DNA of 38,072 nt from a virus. Its lineage: Duplodnaviria; Caudoviricetes. Each line of letters begins with the position of its first letter. Within the stretch, counting starts at the first letter, position 1. Of this stretch, positions 31,001-38,072 are shown piece after piece. The translations under genes were made by a program, and so were the position numbers. Under the pieces are notes generated by a model. The model had not been told where the DNA came from. It saw only the letters and a program-made list of their open reading frames with translations, and made no database searches. The stretch covers positions 1 through 38,072 of IMG/VR virus record IMGVR_UViG_3300005662_000097; one strand, 5' to 3'.

Positions 31001-31255
31001 AAAGCAGTGCCACAGATTAATAGTAATCCCACACATGGTATTCATATTCTTTATCACGAATGCAATAGCACAATATCTGAATTTAATGCTGGTTCTGGAT
31101 TTGCATCTTGTTCCGATTCTATGATAGTTGCTGATAATACTATCTCTAGATACAATAGTAAAAAATATGGAGAATTCTTTGTATATGGTTGGTCTGGATT
31201 AAGAGGTTCTTTCCCAACAGATACATTTGCAACAAATGAGTTTATTCCGGATTAG
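28001..31255 (+). CDS. Right-handed beta-helix tailspike-like protein, paralogue 2
   Basis: IFVATRGNDTTGNGSQEEPFRTLGKAV helix-cap motif (DUF1565-like) and beta-helix ladder; shares blocks with ORF 24795. Confidence 0.75.
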   Translation: MPNNLQFFEDPDDVPFINENMDIFVATRGNDTTGNGSQEEPFRTLGKAVSIIRNKQIGKNNFVTINIGEMESMPDGSNKKYFEEEEITIDFDSARRVKIKGKKPTDHEVIAISYFDKASDRDGFYCQVLVTNHDKISIGNYLGIYDHLKIKKKDPSHFWVRNNISSPTSRTITTNNNYVEALRCDMILGVHEVVDIGPSMEHTGNYANLSTEIFDPLDLKIGLVTVHIKSNNHTHKRLNEVPYWNTLGTKGGDALFTYAGGPGNSPLEARFNSNTIPPIFYGAAMLSSVGTETLAGKEYEQFYFSDIVQQLEIIDILLRGYKYPIDEINGRVINPFTGLAEDNVLRLWNNPALRGEKRNYIASVIAPYLYQKISRDLRIDADIPWYFAKSNDALITTKQISTAAKKIRDFLLAGAKLLNGVPPWDEDNHPGYGYGPFESGAVRPPVGGTPNTEIDTQSYPQEYANKEKISILLRYYNIYPPINGQMYQPILIKRINTWYNENSSFYGLRLDRFEKKGNQSPFFCGYITPQGWYKQRYVTNPIGTIGNDIPSLKDTTDINGYHLLFGDKYPKYIANPNTIFTGVSGGSKGAFSNERSATKNLSDIDQTVYLFEESGVTSGGRDVGNTLAYTLRGSMGSVWYSGLVNFMQVRQGSGAGLGLFGDAIFDRYSLGYITNGQTTVNDNIISKDRVDLDNGPPINFIDSPESTNIRAKCFKSILRFGKSGITVTNKTKLGFLKDVCLVGMNKTESSRFYGLMANGESVINASNIGVSSFSCGISARNQSLINLLADLKDSNNTFNRDIMLPIDPGAIVTANGVGIESSLKSHVNAQRTVSSGSKKGNYLAIANSSMDCSNSMSVSSHKHGYVVDFNSYMRAINSFSEFNTGIGYCVANNSILICHRSRSIWNGSHGLYATTKSTAKCYEFISRSNDGDGLLAENTSLISAGANSANWANYRRELIDNNLFLNPASSTDYYGIWSTLPPHLYNVTIITPEGFGPPLPKAVPQINSNPTHGIHILYHECNSTISEFNAGSGFASCSDSMIVADNTISRYNSKKYGEFFVYGWSGLRGSFPTDTFATNEFIPD

Positions 31256-31263
31256 GAGAATGT

Positions 31264-32952
31264 ATGAGTACAGGAGGAGATTTTGGGGACATTCCCGCTA
31301 GAAATTTTACTGCTCGTTTTCCTGTATTCGAGTCGGGTATAACATGGTCTACCCAATACTCTTCGGAGTATAATGGATTTTTAGCGTTGAATCAGGCTGC
31401 ATTCCATATGGTTTCGAATTTTTTAACCAGAGATATTCTTGGAAGAACTGCTGGTATTTGTGTTAATCCGTGGGACTTTAATTTTGTAAAGGCTAGAACC
31501 ATAGACCTACAATCTGAAAAAGGATCTCTTGTTGGAAGACCACAAAATTACAAGAGAACAAGTTATACTCCTTGTGATTGTACATTTAGAAAATGTGATA
31601 GAGATTTTCAAGGTCTAGGATTTACATTTGATATCGGATCACTTTGGTTTGGTCAAAATGGAGTAACAGGAATAGGCTCCGCTTTCGTTGAATTATATGG
31701 AGATAGAATTGATGATGAAGTAGCCGTAAAAACAAGATTAGATGGTCTTGGTTTTCCTTATTGGATTTATGATCCTTCTGGTAATGGAGGGTATCTGTCT
31801 AATATTCCAATATTCAATGGATTTATTGATAAGACAGATTTGGACAATTATAAAGAACTGTTAAATGAATCCGATATTCCACTTATGGGTGGAGAAGAAT
31901 CTGTTCTGTTTACATATGCCATGATTAAATATTGTGGTAGTTTTACAGCAGGAATAAATTTTAAAAATGCCATTACTTCAACTTTAACATTGAGTAATTC
32001 TGTTGTTTCTCTTGTCACAGGTCAGGCATGGGATGGTACTGTGAATGGAGACTACGACGGTGTTGCTATGGTAAACAACTTAATTGACAATTATAATAAG
32101 ATTTCTGATATTCCTGGATTCTCTGCTTCTTTAATTTATACTGAAATTCCTGGTGCAGAAAATCTGGAACACAGATGTATGTGCCTTGATGCAGGACTAT
32201 ATGGATATGATGCTTATGGATTTGCAGATTGGCAAACTGTCAATGAACAACTTAAAGTGGAACAGCCTTCTCCATCAGATCCTCAAATCGGGGGCCCTGA
32301 TAAGTTTTTTGAGTATTTTAGATATCAATATAGCACTCCACAAGAATTGGCTAAATTCTTAACTATAGATGGAAATGCTCTTATTGCTGCCGGAGTTACT
32401 GGAGCAAAACCATATTCTTACGGGCCAAATTGGTATAGAACTTGGGGATGGACGGATATTAATGTTCTTTCTTTGCTTACTCCAGAATTTAAAAATTGGG
32501 AAGTTCGTGATTCTGGTAAAATAAGAATGTCTGGTTCACCAAATGGAGAAATCTATGCCTTTGGAAATCAATGGCAAGAATGGGGACAAAGAATAGGATC
32601 ACCAGAAATACAAGTTGTTCCAATCAATCCCATAACACTTGGTGGTGGAGATTTTACTGATTCTAACTTTGGTTATAAAGGAAGAATTGAAGGTAGTTTA
32701 ATCTATAAAGGAAGATTGCCAAAAGAAGTTCTCTCCTACGAGAGTCAAGATTATGAATATGCCTTTAAAGGAGTAACAAGCGGCTCTATTGGAAATACAA
32801 ACAAGACTTTTGCATTTGGACTAACTACCATTAGACATATTGATGCCATGACTAATGCACAAGCATATGGGGTCACGGGATCGCTAGAAGATATAATTTT
32901 CTCTGATAATTTTTCAGAATCACCGCAGGATAAAACAATTTACAGAATGTGA
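31264..32952 (+). CDS. Hypothetical virion protein, probably related to the C-terminal domain of ORF 24795
   Basis: AGGAG RBS; LSLLTPEFKNWEVRDSGKIRMSG resembles LSLVVPNYDVEIRDSAKIAFAG in ORF 24795. Confidence 0.55.
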   Translation: MSTGGDFGDIPARNFTARFPVFESGITWSTQYSSEYNGFLALNQAAFHMVSNFLTRDILGRTAGICVNPWDFNFVKARTIDLQSEKGSLVGRPQNYKRTSYTPCDCTFRKCDRDFQGLGFTFDIGSLWFGQNGVTGIGSAFVELYGDRIDDEVAVKTRLDGLGFPYWIYDPSGNGGYLSNIPIFNGFIDKTDLDNYKELLNESDIPLMGGEESVLFTYAMIKYCGSFTAGINFKNAITSTLTLSNSVVSLVTGQAWDGTVNGDYDGVAMVNNLIDNYNKISDIPGFSASLIYTEIPGAENLEHRCMCLDAGLYGYDAYGFADWQTVNEQLKVEQPSPSDPQIGGPDKFFEYFRYQYSTPQELAKFLTIDGNALIAAGVTGAKPYSYGPNWYRTWGWTDINVLSLLTPEFKNWEVRDSGKIRMSGSPNGEIYAFGNQWQEWGQRIGSPEIQVVPINPITLGGGDFTDSNFGYKGRIEGSLIYKGRLPKEVLSYESQDYEYAFKGVTSGSIGNTNKTFAFGLTTIRHIDAMTNAQAYGVTGSLEDIIFSDNFSESPQDKTIYRM

Positions 32953-32958
32953 GGAAAA

Positions 32959-33330
32959 ATGAAAGTAACACTACAGACTCTTTTCGATGCACACCCAGCC
33001 CTTCAGATATTAGCACAGCAATTTTTTGCACTAGATAAAATTGTTGCAGCAAGAAAGTTAATAGATCAAATAAATCTACAATATCTTGTAATTGCAAATA
33101 AACAAGAAGAATTGTTGTCTTTCTATGGATCAAAGGATTCTGATGGCAAATATAATATGGAAGACGATAAAAAGCCATTTTATGAACAAGATTTGGCAGA
33201 ATTCTTAAAACAAGAGGTTGAATTGGATTGGGAACCAATTAATATCGACAAACTTGGTGATATTGCTATGCCTCTCCAGGCTTTTAAACTGATAGAATTT
33301 CTCTTTGTGTCCGATCAAGCGGTCAGTTAA
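32959..33330 (+). CDS. Hypothetical helical protein
   Basis: GAGGA RBS; acidic and helical; located before gp13. Confidence 0.6.
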   Translation: MKVTLQTLFDAHPALQILAQQFFALDKIVAARKLIDQINLQYLVIANKQEELLSFYGSKDSDGKYNMEDDKKPFYEQDLAEFLKQEVELDWEPINIDKLGDIAMPLQAFKLIEFLFVSDQAVS

Positions 33331-33351
33331 AGATTTCTATCTTATACCCCT

Positions 33352-33359
33352 TATACATA
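33352..33359 (+). promoter_or_regulatory. Putative late promoter TATACATA for the neck/terminase operon
   Basis: Intergenic, 27 nt before the gp13 ATG. Confidence 0.7.
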
Positions 33360-33386
33360 AGTTAGAAAAAAGGAATAGGGGGATAA

Positions 33387-34148
33387 ATGGGTCAACCAAA
33401 TTCAAGGCAAACTCTTAAAGATTACTGTCTACGGCGTTTGGGCTATCCTGTAATTAAAATAAATGTAGATGACGGTCAAGTAGAGGATCGTCTGGATGAC
33501 GCTCTACAATTCTTTTCTGAATACCATTTTGATGGTGTCGAAAGAATGTATTTTCCATATCAGATTACAGCACAAGATATTACTAACAAATACATCAACA
33601 CAGATTCTATAAGCCCAAATATAATCACAGTCAATCGAGTCCTTCCTTTTAGTGAAAGCGGAGTTTCCGCAACAAACTTCTTCAGCGCCAGATATCAAAT
33701 GCATTTGCAAGATTATTTTGGTTTAAGAAATGGAAATTTCAATCTGTCATATTATGACATTGCTCAACAATATATTTCACTCATTCAACAATATTTGGAG
33801 CCAGAGAAAGCATTAGTTTTTAGTAGAGTTACGAACAGACTTCGATTGGAAATGAATTGGTCAGAAATGCTAAAAATAGGTGATTATATTATGATTGAAG
33901 CATATGTTGTTCTCAATCCAAACACCTATACAGAAATATATAACGATAGGCTTCTAAAAGAGTATCTAACTAATCTCATTAAAAGACAATGGGGGCAAAA
34001 TTTAATTAAATTTGCTAATGTTGCCCTTCCAGGTGGGGTTCAGTTTGATGCACAAAAAATACACGATGATGCACAAATTCAAATAGATAAAATTGAAGAA
34101 CAAGTTCAACAAAAATACGAATTACCACCCGATTTTATGGTTGGATAA
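33387..34148 (+). CDS. gp13: Neck protein gp13
   Basis: PNSRQTLKDYCLRRLGYPVIKINVDD.QVEDR.DDALQ...YHFDG, LIKRQWGQNL.KF..V.LPGGV and YELPP.FMVG motifs. Confidence 0.95.
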   Translation: MGQPNSRQTLKDYCLRRLGYPVIKINVDDGQVEDRLDDALQFFSEYHFDGVERMYFPYQITAQDITNKYINTDSISPNIITVNRVLPFSESGVSATNFFSARYQMHLQDYFGLRNGNFNLSYYDIAQQYISLIQQYLEPEKALVFSRVTNRLRLEMNWSEMLKIGDYIMIEAYVVLNPNTYTEIYNDRLLKEYLTNLIKRQWGQNLIKFANVALPGGVQFDAQKIHDDAQIQIDKIEEQVQQKYELPPDFMVG

Positions 34149-34151
34149 TAG

Positions 34152-35033
34152 ATGGCAAAGAATCCCTATTTCAAATACCAATCTAGCGAACCAGCATTGA
34201 TGGAAGAATTGATAATAGAGTCCATCAAAGTAACTGGCGATGATTATGTCTATATCACCCGTGAGGCTTTTGATAGAGATTATTTGTTTGGAGAGGATAG
34301 AAATTCGAAGTTTAAAGATAGTGCAATTTTAGAAATGTATCTAAAAAGTTATGAACAGCATAATGGAGGAGAACTTTTTTCTAGATTTGGTTTAGAACTA
34401 AAAGATCGCCTAACAGTCGTGGTTTCAAAAAAGAGATTTGAAGAAGTAGTAACAGCAGCGTTTCCTGATATAAAAAGACCAAGAGAAGGAGATTTGATTT
34501 ATTCTCCAATCACTTATGAAATATATGAAATAGAATTTGTTGAAAGCGAAGTTCCTTTTTATCAAGGAAACAAAAACTTCACATATGAACTCACTGCACA
34601 GACATATCAGCACAATCAAGAAGAAATTGATACTGGTATGGAAAATATTGATTCCATAGAAACTAACTCCAAAGATCTTCTCACCTATATTGGTCTTACT
34701 GGAGGTATTACTGGTGAATTCCTTGTCAATGAAACAGTATATGTTGGAACAACACTTGATACTGCAACTTTCTCTGGAATAGTAACTAATTGGAGTGAAT
34801 TGACACCAAACAAGATGTATCTGAAAGACATTGAAGGCGATGTAGCCTCTGTGATAAGTTCTGTGATAAAGGGAAGCGAGTCTGGTGCACAGGCTGTTGT
34901 TAATTCCGATCTAGGAAATACTATGGATTATGTAACTGTTAATCCATTTGCAACAAACGATCAAATAAGAAAAGAGAGCCGAACTATTATTGATTTTTCT
35001 GAAGTTGATCCTTTTAGTGAGGGTAATTACTGA
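34152..35033 (+). CDS. gp14: Neck protein gp14
   Basis: NPYF, L.EELIIESIK..G....YI.R, FGLE..D, RPREGDLIY.P, EIEFVE...PFYQ and C-terminal IIDFSE.DPF motifs. Confidence 0.93.
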   Translation: MAKNPYFKYQSSEPALMEELIIESIKVTGDDYVYITREAFDRDYLFGEDRNSKFKDSAILEMYLKSYEQHNGGELFSRFGLELKDRLTVVVSKKRFEEVVTAAFPDIKRPREGDLIYSPITYEIYEIEFVESEVPFYQGNKNFTYELTAQTYQHNQEEIDTGMENIDSIETNSKDLLTYIGLTGGITGEFLVNETVYVGTTLDTATFSGIVTNWSELTPNKMYLKDIEGDVASVISSVIKGSESGAQAVVNSDLGNTMDYVTVNPFATNDQIRKESRTIIDFSEVDPFSEGNY

Positions 35034-35836
35034 TGTTTGGATATTTTTATCACAATACAATAAGAAAATATGTTGTTGCTTTTGGTACTATCTTTAATAA
35101 CATCTATATCAATAGACAGAATCAAGATGGAGATAATTCGAGGTTTCGTGTTCCTCTTTCTTATTCACAAAAAGACAAATATATTCGTAGATTGCAAGAA
35201 TTTCCTGTTCTACAGAGCGATGAAAATAATCCAGACATAGCATTTTCTTATATGCCTCGTATGTCTTTTGAACTATCAAACTTGGGTTACGATGCTTCAA
35301 GAAAAAGAAATACTATGCATAAGGTCTATCAACCTTCAGCAAATGTGAATTCATACACATATGCATATGCAGAAGTACCATATAATTTTAATTTTTCTGT
35401 TCATATTATGGCTAGAAAAATGGAAGATGGTTTACAGATAATAGAACAAATTCTCCCTTATTTTGCGCCAGATTTTACAATCACTTTAGATTTGGGTAGT
35501 TTTGCTAAAAAAGTAGATATTCCAATTGTTTTGGATTCATATGAACAAAGCATAGAATATGAAGGAGAAGCAGATGATGGAGCAGAACATAAAATACTCA
35601 TATGGACTCTAAATTTTAGTCTTCGTGGTTATTTGTATGGCCCTAGTAAAAATGGAGCCATAATTACAAGGGCTATAAGTGAATTTTTTGATTATGGGAA
35701 CACTGGCTCCAGACTTGAAACAGTTGTTGTTGGAGCAACATCAGGAACAGGTGGAATTGGTACAGGAGCAACTGCATATGGCTATTATGTAGAAATATTT
35801 GGAGCAACTGCAACTGATGATGAAATATTTGGATAG
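35033..35836 (+). CDS. gp15: Tail terminator/sheath stabiliser gp15
   Basis: YFYHNTIRKYVVAFGTIFNNI, PRMSFE....YD..RK, QIIEQILPYF.P and IWTL.F..RGYLYGP motifs. Confidence 0.95.
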   Translation: MFGYFYHNTIRKYVVAFGTIFNNIYINRQNQDGDNSRFRVPLSYSQKDKYIRRLQEFPVLQSDENNPDIAFSYMPRMSFELSNLGYDASRKRNTMHKVYQPSANVNSYTYAYAEVPYNFNFSVHIMARKMEDGLQIIEQILPYFAPDFTITLDLGSFAKKVDIPIVLDSYEQSIEYEGEADDGAEHKILIWTLNFSLRGYLYGPSKNGAIITRAISEFFDYGNTGSRLETVVVGATSGTGGIGTGATAYGYYVEIFGATATDDEIFG

Positions 35837-35849
35837 TGAAGGAATTATT

Positions 35850-36365
35850 ATGGAAGAAGATTTACCACAAGAAGAAAAAATATCAAATCGTTTAGATATA
35901 CCATTCACTCCGGAAACAGGAATTAAAAAACTATCTCCAGATGTGGCTGCTATTGAATTGGGCAAGCCTATTGATGATATTGATTTGAAGAAAGACTATA
36001 TCACGGTTCGCAAGAACCTTCGTGAAATTCTGATGACAGGTGCAGATGCAATAGATTCTGTTCTGACCGTTGCAAAGGAAAGTGATTCTCCCCGAGCCTA
36101 TGAGGTAGCAGCACAACTAATAAAGGCTGTTGCCGATGTAAATAAAGACTTGCTTGAAATCCACAAGAAGGTAAAGGAAATACAGGGTGGAGATAGCACG
36201 GCTCAAAAAGCCACAAGCATCACCAATAACTCTATATTTGTCGGTAGTACCCGTGATCTACAGGCAATAGTCAAAGAGCGTTATAAAGAACTGATGGATG
36301 CCAAAGTTGTTGAGGCTGAAGTGATAGAGAATGTAGAGGAAAATGATGACGGACAAACAGGATAA
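35850..36365 (+). CDS. gp16: Terminase small subunit gp16
   Basis: DY..VR.NL, A.ESDSPRAYEV...LIK and TNNSIFVGST.DLQ motifs; start moved to the ATG at 35850 (AAGGA RBS, no overlap with gp15). Confidence 0.92.
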   Translation: MEEDLPQEEKISNRLDIPFTPETGIKKLSPDVAAIELGKPIDDIDLKKDYITVRKNLREILMTGADAIDSVLTVAKESDSPRAYEVAAQLIKAVADVNKDLLEIHKKVKEIQGGDSTAQKATSITNNSIFVGSTRDLQAIVKERYKELMDAKVVEAEVIENVEENDDGQTG

Positions 36366-37959
36366 AGGTGCATATCTCGGAAACCCAAACCTCAAGGGAG
36401 CAAATGTTCCTGTAGAGTTCACAGAGGAGCAAATCGGTGAATATCTCCGATGCTCTCAAGACCCAGTATATTTCATCAAGAACTATGTAAAAATCGTGAA
36501 CCTCAATGACGGTCTTGTGCCATTTGAACTCTATGATTTCCAGGAGAAATTTGTCAATACCATTCACGCCAACCGCTTTACGATATCAAAGTTCCCCCGT
36601 CAGAGCGGAAAGTCCACCACGGTTATTGCCTATATCCTCCATGCGGTTCTCTTCAATCCTAATCAGAATGTTGCTATTCTTGCAAATAAATTGGCTACTG
36701 CCCGTGAACTACTGCACCGCCTAAAGTTGGCATATGAGTATCTTCCAAAGTGGATACAGCAGGGAGTCTTGAGTTGGAACAAAGGTTCAATTGAGTTGGA
36801 GAATGGCTCCAAGATTCTTGCTGCTGCGACCTCTTCATCCGCTGTTCGTGGTAATTCGTTCAACCTTATTCTTCTTGACGAGTTTGCCTATGTTCCTTTC
36901 AATATAGCCGATGAGTTCTTCTCGTCTGTATATCCAACCATCTCGTCAGGTAAAAACACTAAAGTCATCATTGTGTCCACCCCCAAGGGCATGAATATGT
37001 ACTACAAGTTATGGACAGATGCAGTCAACGGGCGAAACGAGTATGTTCCTGTAGAGGTGTTTTGGGACGAGGTTCCTGGTCGTGATGAGGCATGGAAGCA
37101 GCAGACCATCAAGAACACCTCTGAAGAGCAGTTCCGTACAGAGTTCGAATGCGATTTCGTTGGCTCTGTCCATACCCTTATATCGCCTCGTAAACTAAAG
37201 ACCCTTACCTTCGTCAATCCTATTCATAAGAATGAAGAAGGATTCAAGGTATACGAGAAGCCAAAGAAAGACCATAATTATATCCTTATAGCCGATACCT
37301 CCCGTGGAACAGGCAACGACTACCATGCCTTCACAGTTATAGACATGACGCAGGCTCCCTATCGGGTGGTTGCAACCTTTCGGAACAACATCCTGCCTCC
37401 TGCAATGTATCCCACAGCCATTGTCTTGGCGGCTCGGCAGTTCAACAATGCTATGGTTCTGGTTGAACTGAATGATATTGGAGGACAGGTGGCAGACATT
37501 ATCCATGAAGAGTTTGAATACGACGGCTTGATGAACACCTCGGTAAAGGGGCGCAAGGGACAGGTGTTGGACGGCGGTTTCAATGCACAGAACCAGCAGA
37601 GGGGTGTGAAGACAACCGAAGTAGTAAAGCGGGTAGGCTGCACAACCCTTAAAGGCTTGGTTGAACAGGATAAACTGATAATCGAAGATTATGATTTAGT
37701 CAAAGAATTATTCTCTTTTGTTTCAAAAAAGAATACATATGAAGCAGAAGTGGGACACCATGATGATTTGGTAATGACACTGGTGCTTTTTGCATGGCTT
37801 ACAACCCAACTCTATTTCAAAGATTTGATTGGTGGTAATATTTCCTTGGAAATGTATGGCAAAGAGATCCGTCAATTAGAAGAGGATATGTTTTTTGGAT
37901 TTATAGATGATGGATTGGGAGATCCCTTTGGTGAAAATAGTGAATGGAAACAGATATAA
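36343..37959 (+). CDS. gp17: Terminase large subunit gp17
   Basis: YLGNPNLK, Walker A PRQSGKST, Walker B LILLDEFA, motif III STP, nuclease ADTSRG...DY and HDDLVM; uninterrupted. Confidence 0.97.
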   Translation: MMTDKQDKGAYLGNPNLKGANVPVEFTEEQIGEYLRCSQDPVYFIKNYVKIVNLNDGLVPFELYDFQEKFVNTIHANRFTISKFPRQSGKSTTVIAYILHAVLFNPNQNVAILANKLATARELLHRLKLAYEYLPKWIQQGVLSWNKGSIELENGSKILAAATSSSAVRGNSFNLILLDEFAYVPFNIADEFFSSVYPTISSGKNTKVIIVSTPKGMNMYYKLWTDAVNGRNEYVPVEVFWDEVPGRDEAWKQQTIKNTSEEQFRTEFECDFVGSVHTLISPRKLKTLTFVNPIHKNEEGFKVYEKPKKDHNYILIADTSRGTGNDYHAFTVIDMTQAPYRVVATFRNNILPPAMYPTAIVLAARQFNNAMVLVELNDIGGQVADIIHEEFEYDGLMNTSVKGRKGQVLDGGFNAQNQQRGVKTTEVVKRVGCTTLKGLVEQDKLIIEDYDLVKELFSFVSKKNTYEAEVGHHDDLVMTLVLFAWLTTQLYFKDLIGGNISLEMYGKEIRQLEEDMFFGFIDDGLGDPFGENSEWKQI

Positions 37960-37978
37960 CAATAGAACTTTTCTGTTT

Positions 37979-37986
37979 TATACATA
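37979..37986 (+). promoter_or_regulatory. Putative late promoter TATACATA for the tail sheath operon
   Basis: Intergenic between gp17 and gp18, where T4-like phages typically carry TATAAATA. Confidence 0.7.
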
Positions 37987-38031
37987 CGATGAGAACTGAA
38001 TAATTTATTTCGCCAATAAAGGAGAGAACAC

Positions 38032-38072
38032 ATGGCATTCCAAATCAGCCCAGGTATTAATATCACCGAAAT
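38032..38072 (+). CDS. gp18: Tail sheath protein gp18, 5' fragment
   Basis: AAGGAG RBS, then MAFQISPGINITE, the typical gp18 N-terminus; follows gp17. Confidence 0.9.
   Translation, partial: MAFQISPGINITE

Noticed and set aside
31253-31266. Amber read-through or recoding joining ORF 28001 to ORF 31264
   Set aside because: The downstream ATG is out of frame and an in-frame TGA follows four codons later; the TAG is part of the AGGAG RBS. TAA, TGA and TAG all end genes normally, so there is no sign of an alternative code.
36343-37959. Intein, intron or homing endonuclease in the terminase
   Set aside because: 538 aa with all motifs at normal spacing and no insertion.
1365-38066. Minus-strand and nested short ORFs from the track (e.g. 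5277-5756, 22844-23353, several within gp17)
   Set aside because: They are shadows of long + strand genes with no recognisable motifs; the cluster within gp17 is explained by higher GC.
1-38072. CRISPR array, tRNA/rRNA, IS element or invertible segment
   Set aside because: No regularly spaced repeats, intergenic gaps are short (the longest is about 125 nt) with no cloverleaf seen, and no transposase, recombinase or long inverted repeats were found.

Overview
A 38 kb late (virion morphogenesis) region of a T4-like myophage, with all genes on the + strand and in the standard genetic code. The order is: an accessory tail-fibre/lectin cluster (1-7285), a PAAR-like tip and a TM+GAF holin-like gene, baseplate gp25-gp6-gp7-gp8, a VrlC/DUF4815-type protein, large fibre, collar and beta-helix spike genes (20028-32952), neck gp13-gp14, gp15, terminase gp16-gp17 and the start of sheath gp18. 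This resembles the gene order of marine/freshwater T4-like phages. Signals the gene list does not explain: (1) a G-x-[S/T] peptide motif enriched across the outer virion proteins, a candidate modification (glycosylation) sequon; (2) a non-canonical late promoter, TATACATA/xxTA[C/G]ATA rather than TATAAATA; (3) RBS-sequestering hairpins built around that promoter; (4) strong avoidance of AGCT, GGWCC and CTGCAG; (5) two compositionally foreign patches, in the fibre cassette and the terminase; (6) duplicated and split receptor-binding genes. All counts are by-eye estimates and no database searches were run.
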